A DNA stretch of 64,000 nucleotides from an uncultured virus (IMG/VR IMGVR_UViG_3300002835_000092) (IMGVR_UViG_3300002835_000092), one strand, 5' to 3'; counted from the stretch's first letter, positions 52,227 to 60,358 are shown. Notes: generated by a model not told the origin, from the sequence alone. Made by a program: numbers and translations.

Positions 52227-52234
52227 CAAATATA
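52227..52234 (-). promoter_or_regulatory. Bacteroidota -7 element (TATATTTG) driving the leader and tRNA cluster
   Basis: Plus-strand CAAATATA in the intergenic region. Confidence 0.75.
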
Positions 52235-52257
52235 TAAAGTTTTATTTAATAAAAAAA

Positions 52258-52446
52258 TTATTTATCTTTTTTTTGTAAATAATTATAAGTTCTTATATGT
52301 GTAATAGATTTTTCTTCTTCACATATACCACAAATTCCTTTATGAAATGTAGTACAACCTCCTTCTTCTTTTTGTTTATCAGTTAAATAAGGTACACCAC
52401 ATTCAACACAAACATAATCTGATTTTCTGTTTTCTACTGTATTCAT
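52258..52446 (-). CDS. Small Zn-finger-like protein
   Basis: CVECG...CGIC; ATG 52446 just after the upstream stop. Confidence 0.6.
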   Translation of the reverse strand: MNTVENRKSDYVCVECGVPYLTDKQKEEGGCTTFHKGICGICEEEKSITHIRTYNYLQKKDK

Positions 52447-52447
52447 T

Positions 52448-53032
52448 TTAAGGAATATATAAATTAGTTGGATTATCTTTATGAACTTCAATTTCTGGAT
52501 AATGAGAAGTAAATTCTCTTAAATCAAATGGTTTAGTTATAAGATGTAAACCTGATTTAGAAGGAATATACACAATAATCTTTTTATGAGGTGGTTCTGC
52601 TTTTTCAATTATTTCCTCCATCCTAAAAATTTCATTATAGTTCATTATTCCATCAATATCAAGAATCCATTTCTTTTCATCATCATTATGACCTAAACCA
52701 CAAGCTCTATCATAAGATGCTTTAAGAAATTGATATTCTCTATTAGACATTGTATTAGCTACATTTACCATAGTTTTAAATCCTACTTCTTCATAAGACC
52801 TTTTATTTAATCTAATAGAAGCTCTTGCATTAAAAACTTCACATAGTTTTTTAATTTCATCATAATGATTAATTAAATATTCTTCTGAATTAATATAGTA
52901 ATTTTTAATTACTCTACTATTACTACCGATTTGAGGGTTCTCTTTCTTTCTCTGTAAAACTTGAAGATAATAAAAATCATCTGCTGATTCAAATTTTAAG
53001 AAAGGTAATATTAATTTTAAATTATCTACCAT
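52448..53032 (-). CDS. Hypothetical protein, possible AEP/primase-like fold
   Basis: WILDID (DxD) and SKSGLHL (SxxGxH) motifs. Confidence 0.45.
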   Translation of the reverse strand: MVDNLKLILPFLKFESADDFYYLQVLQRKKENPQIGSNSRVIKNYYINSEEYLINHYDEIKKLCEVFNARASIRLNKRSYEEVGFKTMVNVANTMSNREYQFLKASYDRACGLGHNDDEKKWILDIDGIMNYNEIFRMEEIIEKAEPPHKKIIVYIPSKSGLHLITKPFDLREFTSHYPEIEVHKDNPTNLYIP

Positions 53033-53034
53033 AA

Positions 53035-53355
53035 TTAATTTTCTTTAAATTCTTTACATGCTTTCATTTGTAAAGTAACATCTTTTCCAGTTACAGCACA
53101 TTTATGCATAATTCTTTTATTTGGTTGAGTTTTTAATAGATATTTACAAGTTTTACACCTATGAGTTTGACTATAATCTGTTAGTAAAGATTTTAATAAT
53201 AAATCTTCATTGACAGTTAATTTGATACCTTTTTCATTTATAGAATTAAAGATATTTCTTAAATCTATTTCAATTTCTTTATGAGGTAAACTTCTAAAAA
53301 TAAAGATTGTATTATGGTCTTTCAGAGAATAACACCAAATAACTTCTTCCATCAT
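53035..53355 (-). CDS. Hypothetical protein with Cys cluster
   Basis: CKTCKY...C...AC; coupled ORF. Confidence 0.55.
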   Translation of the reverse strand: MMEEVIWCYSLKDHNTIFIFRSLPHKEIEIDLRNIFNSINEKGIKLTVNEDLLLKSLLTDYSQTHRCKTCKYLLKTQPNKRIMHKCAVTGKDVTLQMKACKEFKEN

Positions 53356-53576
53356 TCTAAAATTATAAAATGTTTTTTAATTTCAATTGGATTTCTAATT
53401 CTTGATTCTACATAACTAATAGAATATTCCCAACCTATATTAAACTTATCTCTTAATTGCTGCATACCATAATAATCTACCATAGTATTAATTGATTCAA
53501 TACATTTATAACAAGGTCTTTCTTTATTAGAAACTGTTTCATGTAAACTCATAATTAAAAAGCAATTAATTTCCAA
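53352..53576 (-). CDS. Hypothetical protein
   Basis: Fills the operon gap; start uncertain. Confidence 0.4.
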   Translation of the reverse strand: MEINCFLIMSLHETVSNKERPCYKCIESINTMVDYYGMQQLRDKFNIGWEYSISYVESRIRNPIEIKKHFIILE

Positions 53577-54316
53577 GTTACACCAATCCCAATAAATATT
53601 TGTGGTTGAAAGCTATTTCCAATTCCATAATAGACACCTGGTCCAATTGTTATTCTTTTAGCTGCTGGTTCTTTTGTACTATAAACTCTCATTTGCTTTA
53701 CTTCACTATAAGGATTTAATAATACTACATCAGCAAAGGTTTTACCTTTACCTAACCCAAGAAAACCTGTTTTTTCTTTACCTATAATCAGATTTAACTC
53801 TTCTTTATAAGTAAGTTTTATTGAGGTACTATCTTTTGTAGCAATTGTGCTTCCTTTTATCCAACCTTTTAAATTGAAATTAGAAGCATATACAGGACTT
53901 TTTATAGAATCTGATGGTAATATACTATCTATTACTTTTGTTGCAACTGTAGTACCTACATTTGTTTCTGTGTTGATAATTGATATGCTACCTTGTCTAT
54001 GTATTTTAGATTTATTACTTTCTACAAGTTTCTGTAATTTTTGTATAGTTGTGTCTTTTGTAGCTAAACTAATGAAATCTTTTTCCTTATCTGCTTCAAA
54101 TACTGATATTTTAGCAGCATTTAAACCATCTTTTGTTTTATAAGTATTTAAACTATCTTTCAAACTCTGATTTAATGCTACTGATATACCACCTTGTCTT
54201 TCCATTTCACATCCTCTAAATAATAATATAGCAATTACTATAATAGATATGATAATGTAAACTTTTCTCATTATTTTTAAATCTTTTTCAAATTCTATTT
54301 GTTCAAGTGTTGTCAT
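53555..54316 (-). CDS. Envelope-anchored protein, spanin candidate
   Basis: N-terminal TM/lipoprotein-like signal (IIVIAILLFRGC), coiled coil, C-terminal amphipathic beta-hairpin ending in F; alternative start 54271. Confidence 0.5.
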   Translation of the reverse strand: MTTLEQIEFEKDLKIMRKVYIIISIIVIAILLFRGCEMERQGGISVALNQSLKDSLNTYKTKDGLNAAKISVFEADKEKDFISLATKDTTIQKLQKLVESNKSKIHRQGSISIINTETNVGTTVATKVIDSILPSDSIKSPVYASNFNLKGWIKGSTIATKDSTSIKLTYKEELNLIIGKEKTGFLGLGKGKTFADVVLLNPYSEVKQMRVYSTKEPAAKRITIGPGVYYGIGNSFQPQIFIGIGVTWKLIAF

Positions 54317-54320
54317 ATTT

Positions 54321-54638
54321 TTATTTTTTACAATGTTCCATTAAATAAATTTGAATGACATCCCAATTAATACCAATATTGGCATCATGTTTATGAATAA
54401 TCATTTCTAAAACTTCTTCAAATTTTGTCTCATCAAAATCTAAATCAGGACTAAAACCTTTTAAATTTTCAGCTTGATGTTTAAGGTCTTCTACAGACCA
54501 AGATATACTTCGAGATTTTGGATAGTAATCATTTTCAACTAATTCTATGACTTTCATCATACCATAACCTTTAGCTTTTTCTCTTGAATCTCCAAAATCT
54601 AATAATTCTTGAGCTTGTTCTTTTAATTCTGTTAGCAT
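54321..54638 (-). CDS. Hypothetical protein
   Basis: ORF; HDANIGINWDVI motif. Confidence 0.6.
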   Translation of the reverse strand: MLTELKEQAQELLDFGDSREKAKGYGMMKVIELVENDYYPKSRSISWSVEDLKHQAENLKGFSPDLDFDETKFEEVLEMIIHKHDANIGINWDVIQIYLMEHCKK

Positions 54639-54650
54639 AATATGATATTT

Positions 54651-54676
54651 ATAAAGAGGAGTATTTCTACTCCTCT
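54651..54676 (-). terminator. Hairpin, probable weak terminator
   Basis: Minus strand AGAGGAGTA-GAAA-TACTCCTCT then TTAT. Confidence 0.55.
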
Positions 54677-54682
54677 ATAAGA

Positions 54683-55261
54683 TTATTTTTCTAATTCCAC
54701 TCTTTCAGCTTCTAAATTTCTATTTAAAGCAGCTTCATTAGTAAATTTTTCAGGGTACCTTACTTGTAATTTGTTAATATTATTTGTAAGTAATTGATAA
54801 AAATCAAATTGCCAAAAATCAGAAAGAAATTTAGTTACTGTAAGTAAATCAAAAGTGTTCAACATATCAAGATTACCAAAGAAATCTTTGTAAAATTGAA
54901 TAGTAAAATTAACTTTAACATCAGTAGTTCTTTCAGGAATTTTAATAAAATCATCATAAACACTACATAGATTCAACCATAAAGTCTCATCAACTTCTGT
55001 AATATCATCTAATAAAATTAATCCTTCAAGATTAGCTTTATTAGCAATATACCACATTTTATCAGCAATTTCTTCTCCTATATTAACTACATCAACAAGT
55101 TTTGAATAAGCTAAATTCTTTTTACATACATCAAGTATTTCTCCAACTTCTGTAGTAATTCCTAACCACATGTGATTTTGATTCTTGTCATAAGATTCTA
55201 AATCTACACAAGTTCTTTTTGCTAATTGCTGATAATCAGCAATTGTTTTAATTTTTTCCAT
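54683..55261 (-). CDS. mazG: MazG-like nucleoside triphosphate pyrophosphohydrolase
   Basis: YQQLAKRT, EVGEILD, EEIADKMWY, NINKLQVRYPEKF. Confidence 0.8.
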   Translation of the reverse strand: MEKIKTIADYQQLAKRTCVDLESYDKNQNHMWLGITTEVGEILDVCKKNLAYSKLVDVVNIGEEIADKMWYIANKANLEGLILLDDITEVDETLWLNLCSVYDDFIKIPERTTDVKVNFTIQFYKDFFGNLDMLNTFDLLTVTKFLSDFWQFDFYQLLTNNINKLQVRYPEKFTNEAALNRNLEAERVELEK

Positions 55262-55274
55262 TTTGAATTTTTAG

Positions 55275-55559
55275 TTATTCTACACCAATAATTTCATCAT
55301 AGAATACAATAGTATGTAAAACAGTTTTCACATCTTTTGTTTCTTCTATAATTTTTGCTCCATGAAAATCCACATGTTTTGTAAAAATAGGTACATCTCC
55401 TATATTTATAACACCTTCTGGACATTCTTCTCCTAACTGTAAAACTTTAAAAGTTATATCAAATGTTTCCTCTGGAGCAGATTTACCAGTTAATATAATT
55501 TTAGTTTGTTTTTTAGTCATTGTTTGTTCTACAAGAACTCTTCTACCAATTACCTTCAT
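55275..55559 (-). CDS. groES: GroES-like co-chaperonin
   Basis: MKVIGRRVLVE...IIL...VLQLG...IGD...EIIGV pattern, 94 aa. Confidence 0.65.
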   Translation of the reverse strand: MKVIGRRVLVEQTMTKKQTKIILTGKSAPEETFDITFKVLQLGEECPEGVINIGDVPIFTKHVDFHGAKIIEETKDVKTVLHTIVFYDEIIGVE

Positions 55560-55588
55560 AATTTTTGTTTTTAAATTAAGTTTAGTGT

Positions 55589-56263
55589 TTATATTCTTTT
55601 AAAAATTTTACCTTTAAATGTTTTAGCTCTTGTTTTAGTAGATAATATATTACAAAGTAATGAAGAAGTAGTGTTTAACTCTTCAGCACATTCTTTAATT
55701 GTTTCCCATTGTTTAATTATTTCTCCTCTATCATTTATTTCTGCAATACTTACACCTTTTCTTTTTCTATAAGAAAATGGAATAAAATCATCTCCTAAAT
55801 ATCTCCAAACAAAATTATATGCTTTTCTTCTTTCTAATCTGCATACTTTAGTAATTTTAGAGCTATTAGTAAGACTTAATGTAGTCATAATATCTTGTAA
55901 ACAATTAAAAACCTGAATAAAATTACCATCTAAATCATATTGAATAATAGGTTTTCTTTTATTACTTATCAAACCATTTGTTCTTCCTGCTATTTGACAA
56001 CAATTATATTCAGGTTTTAAGGTATCAATATAATATTGTTCTCTTTCTAATAAATTTATTTCTTTACATAATTCTATTATTTCAAATTTTAAACTATTTT
56101 TTCCATATTTATTATATACTCTTTGTAGTATAGGGGAATGATGTTTATTATTCTTCAACATTGAAAGATGTAAATACTTTCTTGCTTTTATATCTACAGA
56201 AGAGCCAATATAAATTTTATTATTTATAGAGTTCGTAATTTTATAAATACCTATAACTTTCAT
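55589..56263 (-). CDS. Free-standing GIY-YIG homing endonuclease with NUMOD1-type repeats
   Basis: GIYKITN...YIGSS, REQYYID, PIIQYDLDGNFI. Confidence 0.9.
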   Translation of the reverse strand: MKVIGIYKITNSINNKIYIGSSVDIKARKYLHLSMLKNNKHHSPILQRVYNKYGKNSLKFEIIELCKEINLLEREQYYIDTLKPEYNCCQIAGRTNGLISNKRKPIIQYDLDGNFIQVFNCLQDIMTTLSLTNSSKITKVCRLERRKAYNFVWRYLGDDFIPFSYRKRKGVSIAEINDRGEIIKQWETIKECAEELNTTSSLLCNILSTKTRAKTFKGKIFKRI

Positions 56264-56283
56264 AAAAACCTTTAAAATTTTTA

Positions 56284-56291
56284 CAAATATA
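56284..56291 (-). promoter_or_regulatory. Bacteroidota -7 element for the GIY-YIG gene
   Basis: Minus strand TATATTTGTAAAAATTT. Confidence 0.65.
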
Positions 56292-56888
56292 CTACAAATT
56301 TATATTATTATCTACAAAATAACGATAATTTATAAATCCTTTTAGATTATTACACCAACCCAAATCTTTTTGTACAATTGCTTTTTCTCTGTTTAATCCT
56401 TTTACAGTCTTTACAGCAGTAAAGTATTCTTCATCACTCATAGCTCTTGCACAATGTTCAAAAGGACTTGAATGAGGTGGGTCTTGAGTTAATAATCTAT
56501 CATGCAAACCAATTAAGTTTTCATAATTGATTTCTTTTTCTTCTCCTACTACTGTATAAGAAGTTCTTGCTGCCATAGCTACTGAAATTTTAATATCATT
56601 CAATTGAAAATCTTTTACTAATTTATCAATATCATCAGCATTTGCATTAGAATAACTTTCAAAACTATCTACAAATGGAACATGCCATTCACCAGCTTTT
56701 AATTGTCTTGGAGTAGATTCATTTACTGCATCATAAATACATTCAGCAAGTGCCATCATGTGAATTTCAGCTTGACCTTTATTTAGAGATAGCCACTTTT
56801 CTTCTGACCAATTTGAAGTATCTATACCTTTAGTAGAAAGAAATTCAGTAACTTCTTTTCTACTTGAAAATCTTTTTATATTACCCAT
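56292..56888 (-). CDS. thyX: Flavin-dependent thymidylate synthase, C-terminal fragment
   Basis: QAEIHMMALAE, GEWHVPF, SVAMAARTSY, HSSPFEHCA, NLKGF typical of phage Thy1/ThyX C-halves. Confidence 0.8.
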   Translation of the reverse strand: MGNIKRFSSRKEVTEFLSTKGIDTSNWSEEKWLSLNKGQAEIHMMALAECIYDAVNESTPRQLKAGEWHVPFVDSFESYSNANADDIDKLVKDFQLNDIKISVAMAARTSYTVVGEEKEINYENLIGLHDRLLTQDPPHSSPFEHCARAMSDEEYFTAVKTVKGLNREKAIVQKDLGWCNNLKGFINYRYFVDNNINL

Positions 56889-57202
56889 TACTTTAATTGT
56901 TTTCCTTCTACATTCCTTTTCAATCTATCTTGTGTTCTTTTATTAAGCCACATTAAAGATTCTTCAAGTTTTGTGATTACAATTGCATTTTCTCTACAAG
57001 GAAATTTAGATTGTAAGAAATTCATTCTGTCAATCAATACTTCTAAAACTTCTTCATTTGTAGTACCATCAGCAATAGTAACTAATTCAGTAGAACCTTC
57101 TTCTTTTGGTTCTTTGTGAATAAATTGTAAAATTTGACCTTGTTGGTCTTTGTTTTCAAAATTAGACAACTCATATTGGTGTCCTACAACATTATTTTTC
57201 AT
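56888..57202 (-). CDS. tad1: Tad1-like anti-defence sponge protein
   Basis: GTTNEEVLEVLIDRMNFLQSKFPCRENAIVITKLEESLMWLNKRTQDRLKRNVEG follows the recalled Tad1 core (DRL..FQ...F..REN..A.T..EEALMW.N.R..DR..RNV.G); N-terminal H-x-Y. Confidence 0.8.
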   Translation of the reverse strand: MKNNVVGHQYELSNFENKDQQGQILQFIHKEPKEEGSTELVTIADGTTNEEVLEVLIDRMNFLQSKFPCRENAIVITKLEESLMWLNKRTQDRLKRNVEGKQLK

Positions 57203-57860
57203 ACACTATTAATTTATATTTATTATACAATTTACATCTTGGGTCTTGTTTTTTCATTCTAATAAGAGTTGGATAAGCTATTGGACAAATTTTAGATAAC
57301 TCTTTTATGGATTTTGCACTCCAAATATTACCTGTTTCTAAATCTTCTAAAGAAGCTGAGATAGACCTATATGAATTGTCTTTAGCAAGATTTCTTCTAT
57401 ATTCAATTTTTTCAGGTTTGTTAGCAATTTCTTTTTGAATATTAGATAACTTTTGTTTTAATTCAGGAGTATAATTAATATTAGAATAACCTCTTTTTCT
57501 TTTGGCTTTTTCAGAGATTTTTTGTATAGCTTCTTGAGTATGTTTATACCCTAAATTAGATTCTCCACCTAAAGTTAAGTTAGCTAAACAACCTGTTTTA
57601 TCACATTTTCTACCATATTTAGCAATTAAATCTATTTCCATCTGTTCTACTTCTTTTCTATCATCAGCTTCAAAAAGTATTTCAAATTTCCAATTAGTTT
57701 TATCAATTATTTTAAGCCAAATATTATTATCTATGTGTTTAGAATAAGCTCTACTATAAGTACTACATTTTAAATCTTGTTTAGATTTTGTACCAATACC
57801 TATATAAAATATCTCATTCTTATCTTCTCTTATATGTTGATAAACATAATATTTTTTCAT
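57192..57860 (-). CDS. GIY-YIG-family homing endonuclease with NUMOD3-like motif
   Basis: YYVYQHIR...IFYIGIG, E..LIAKYG, LANLTLGGE, GYKHTQEAIQKISE. Confidence 0.8.
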   Translation of the reverse strand: MKKYYVYQHIREDKNEIFYIGIGTKSKQDLKCSTYSRAYSKHIDNNIWLKIIDKTNWKFEILFEADDRKEVEQMEIDLIAKYGRKCDKTGCLANLTLGGESNLGYKHTQEAIQKISEKAKRKRGYSNINYTPELKQKLSNIQKEIANKPEKIEYRRNLAKDNSYRSISASLEDLETGNIWSAKSIKELSKICPIAYPTLIRMKKQDPRCKLYNKYKLIVYEK

Positions 57861-57876
57861 CTTTTATAAATTTTTA

Positions 57877-57884
57877 CAAAGATA
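57877..57884 (-). promoter_or_regulatory. Bacteroidota -7 element inside the split thyX locus
   Basis: Minus strand TATCTTTGTAAAAATTT. Confidence 0.65.
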
Positions 57885-57910
57885 AAGAAATTATCCCAAA
57901 GTACAAAATT

Positions 57911-58399
57911 TTAATCTTTTAAACTTTCAAGATTATCTAAATCAATCTCATAGACTGGGTTTCTTAATCTAAAGAAATTATCCCAACCTTCTCTACTACC
58001 AGTAATTAACATAGTAGTCCACATAAATGGCTCTATTAATCTATTACAAAGTTGTTTAGTTACTTTATTAGCATGTAAATCTTTTGCTCCTTCTATAGCT
58101 CTATCTCTTGAGATTAACCAACTTTCTCTTAAATCAAGTATTTCATGTTCTCCTTCCCAATATTCAGTTCCTTGCATTCCTTTATGTTCTTTTTGCCAAG
58201 CAATAGGAATAAAAGGATTTTCTTGTACCATTTCTAACAGTTTATCAAATGGAATTGCTCTACTTGATGAGGTATTTTTACTCAACATTCTGTGAGTATT
58301 GACCTCTGCTAAAATATGTCTTGGAAATGTTGCCAATACTGTAATTAATTCATCTCCTTGTGGACTTTTTGAATGCCCAACTATTTCTGCTCTAATCAT
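57911..58399 (-). CDS. thyX: Flavin-dependent thymidylate synthase, N-terminal fragment
   Basis: FPRHILAEVNTHRMLSKNTSSSRAIP (ThyX motif xHRx7S), KQLCNRLIEPF, NFFRLR. Confidence 0.85.
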   Translation of the reverse strand: MIRAEIVGHSKSPQGDELITVLATFPRHILAEVNTHRMLSKNTSSSRAIPFDKLLEMVQENPFIPIAWQKEHKGMQGTEYWEGEHEILDLRESWLISRDRAIEGAKDLHANKVTKQLCNRLIEPFMWTTMLITGSREGWDNFFRLRNPVYEIDLDNLESLKD

Positions 58400-58593
58400 A
58401 GTTCTTGATTTATTGTTGCTTTTAATTCTATACTAAATTCTTTTTCAGAACTTATAGATACTGTTTTTTTATCAGTAGCTATTGTAAAATTACATACAAC
58501 ACCTTCTGCATGTAATTCTTTTAAACCTTCTTCTAATGCACCTAATATAATTTTTATACCTTGCACTTTTTCTTTAGTTGTTATATCACTCAT
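58396..58593 (-). CDS. Hypothetical protein
   Basis: ATG 58593 overlaps the upstream small ORF; ATGA overlap with thyX. Confidence 0.55.
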   Translation of the reverse strand: MSDITTKEKVQGIKIILGALEEGLKELHAEGVVCNFTIATDKKTVSISSEKEFSIELKATINQEL

Positions 58594-58708
58594 CTTTAAG
58601 TTTTTTATTGATACAATCTTCACATTGTAAAGGTAAATGTAGATTACAATCTTCTACATAAATTATTTTATTACAATTAGAATTTATACATTCTTTTGGT
58701 TTACTCAT
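58586..58708 (-). CDS. 40-aa Zn-ribbon-like protein (not in the ORF track)
   Basis: MSKPKECINSNCNKIIYVEDCNLHLPLQCEDCINKKLKDE; overlaps both neighbours and fills the gap. Confidence 0.6.
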   Translation of the reverse strand: MSKPKECINSNCNKIIYVEDCNLHLPLQCEDCINKKLKDE

Positions 58709-60200
58709 CTTCTGATTTTATTATTAAATAATAAAGTTCCTTTTTTGCTCTGGTTCTTGCTACATATTTTAAATTTTGTTCCTGTTCTAATTGCATTGGT
58801 GATTTAGCAAATTTAGATGGAATTAAAAATTCATTTAAAATATATACTACATCAGCTTCTAATCCTTTAGATTTATGAATAGTACATAATGTAATAACTG
58901 ATTCATCATCTGTTTCAGCAAATAATTGTTTTAAAGATTGTAATAAAACTTCTATTTTGTTATCTCCAATAACTAAATGAGTTATTAAAAGAATAAAATT
59001 AGAATAATTTTGTTTCAATCTATAAAGTTTGAATCTTTCATCATCATTCTTATTTTCAATTCTTTCTAATCTTGTTAATTCAGAAGCTATTTTTCTTTTA
59101 GTTTCATCAACAGTTTTATAAGAATATGGTTTTAAGAATTTAGTTATAGAAGCTAAAATATCATCACCTTTAATAAATACTTTTTTATTCAATGATAATA
59201 ATTGAAAGTATAAATCAATAAGAGGAGTAGAGTTTCTACAAATAACCATAGAACCTTCTTGAATTAATGAAACATCTGTAATGTTATCAACAATTCCTGG
59301 TTCTTGCTTAAATCCTTCCATTACATTATATACTTTATTTGCTTCATCTACAACTAATTGAGGACATCTATAACAAACATCTAATGGTAATTCAATTACA
59401 TTTGGTTCTTCTTTGATTAAATCAAAAGAATTACCATAAGCACCTGAAAATCCATAAATTGATTGTCTTCTATCTCCAATTTTGACCCATTTTTCTATAT
59501 CACCTTGATTTACCAGCAAATGAATAAATTGATGTTGTGCAAAACTTAAATCTTGAACTTCATCAATCATTAAATAATAAGGTTGAACTGCTATCATAAT
59601 CTTCTCTCTTACAACAAGATATATCATATCATTGAAATCAATTTCAATTTTACTACCAGTATAAGTTTGCTCTCTTAAAGTAATAAATTCATTCCATAAT
59701 TGTTCAAGATTTGGATGTTCAAAATAAAATTTGTCCATCTGTTTCATAAAACCAAAAAGTTCTTTCATATCATTGGTAAGAAAAACTCTTGACAAGTCAT
59801 TCATTTCCATAATAGTCATACTAATTTTAGCTCTTTCTTCCCAAATAAGTGAACCAAATAATCTTTTATTAAACCTTTCTAAATCTTTCATAAGTTGCCA
59901 AGATTTGTTATTATTTATAATAACATTTCCTGAACCATAATGATTTCTAATTGAAAGTAAACCTAAAGAATGGATAGTCATAGCTTTAGCATGTGCATAT
60001 CCATTCTGTTCAATTTTACCTTGAATTTCTTCTTGAATTGATTTATTAAAAGCTAAAAATAAAGTTCTATATTCACATCTTTCTAAAATACCCATCAAAG
60101 TAGTTGTTTTACCACTTCCTGCTACTGATTGAATAAGTAAGTTATAGTCTGTAGTAGTCCAAGTATCATATACAGTTTGTTGTTTTATACTTGGTGTCAT
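58701..60200 (-). CDS. UvrD/Rep-like superfamily 1 helicase
   Basis: AGSGKTT, IDEVQD, GDRRQSIYGF, YRCP, TIHKSKGLE, YVARTRAK. Confidence 0.92.
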   Translation of the reverse strand: MTPSIKQQTVYDTWTTTDYNLLIQSVAGSGKTTTLMGILERCEYRTLFLAFNKSIQEEIQGKIEQNGYAHAKAMTIHSLGLLSIRNHYGSGNVIINNNKSWQLMKDLERFNKRLFGSLIWEERAKISMTIMEMNDLSRVFLTNDMKELFGFMKQMDKFYFEHPNLEQLWNEFITLREQTYTGSKIEIDFNDMIYLVVREKIMIAVQPYYLMIDEVQDLSFAQHQFIHLLVNQGDIEKWVKIGDRRQSIYGFSGAYGNSFDLIKEEPNVIELPLDVCYRCPQLVVDEANKVYNVMEGFKQEPGIVDNITDVSLIQEGSMVICRNSTPLIDLYFQLLSLNKKVFIKGDDILASITKFLKPYSYKTVDETKRKIASELTRLERIENKNDDERFKLYRLKQNYSNFILLITHLVIGDNKIEVLLQSLKQLFAETDDESVITLCTIHKSKGLEADVVYILNEFLIPSKFAKSPMQLEQEQNLKYVARTRAKKELYYLIIKSEDE

Positions 60201-60358
60201 TCAGTCAAAATTTTAGAAATTTCCATTGCAGTTTTCTTGTTATGAGCTACTTCTTTCTCAAGTATAGCAATCATTTCATTGATTTCACCAATTTCATCAG
60301 AACCTATTCTGTCAGACCATTGCTTCATAGCTTTTAATCTGTTAATTACTTCTATCAT
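60197..60358 (-). CDS. 53-aa hypothetical protein (not in the ORF track)
   Basis: MIEVINRLKAMKQWSDRIG...KILTE; ATGA overlaps at both ends. Confidence 0.6.
   Translation of the reverse strand: MIEVINRLKAMKQWSDRIGSDEIGEINEMIAILEKEVAHNKKTAMEISKILTE

Noticed and set aside
56888..57911. Group I intron or intein interrupting thyX
   Set aside because: Only about 50 nt is non-coding, no intron core is recognisable, there are no intein termini, and each half has its own start and stop.
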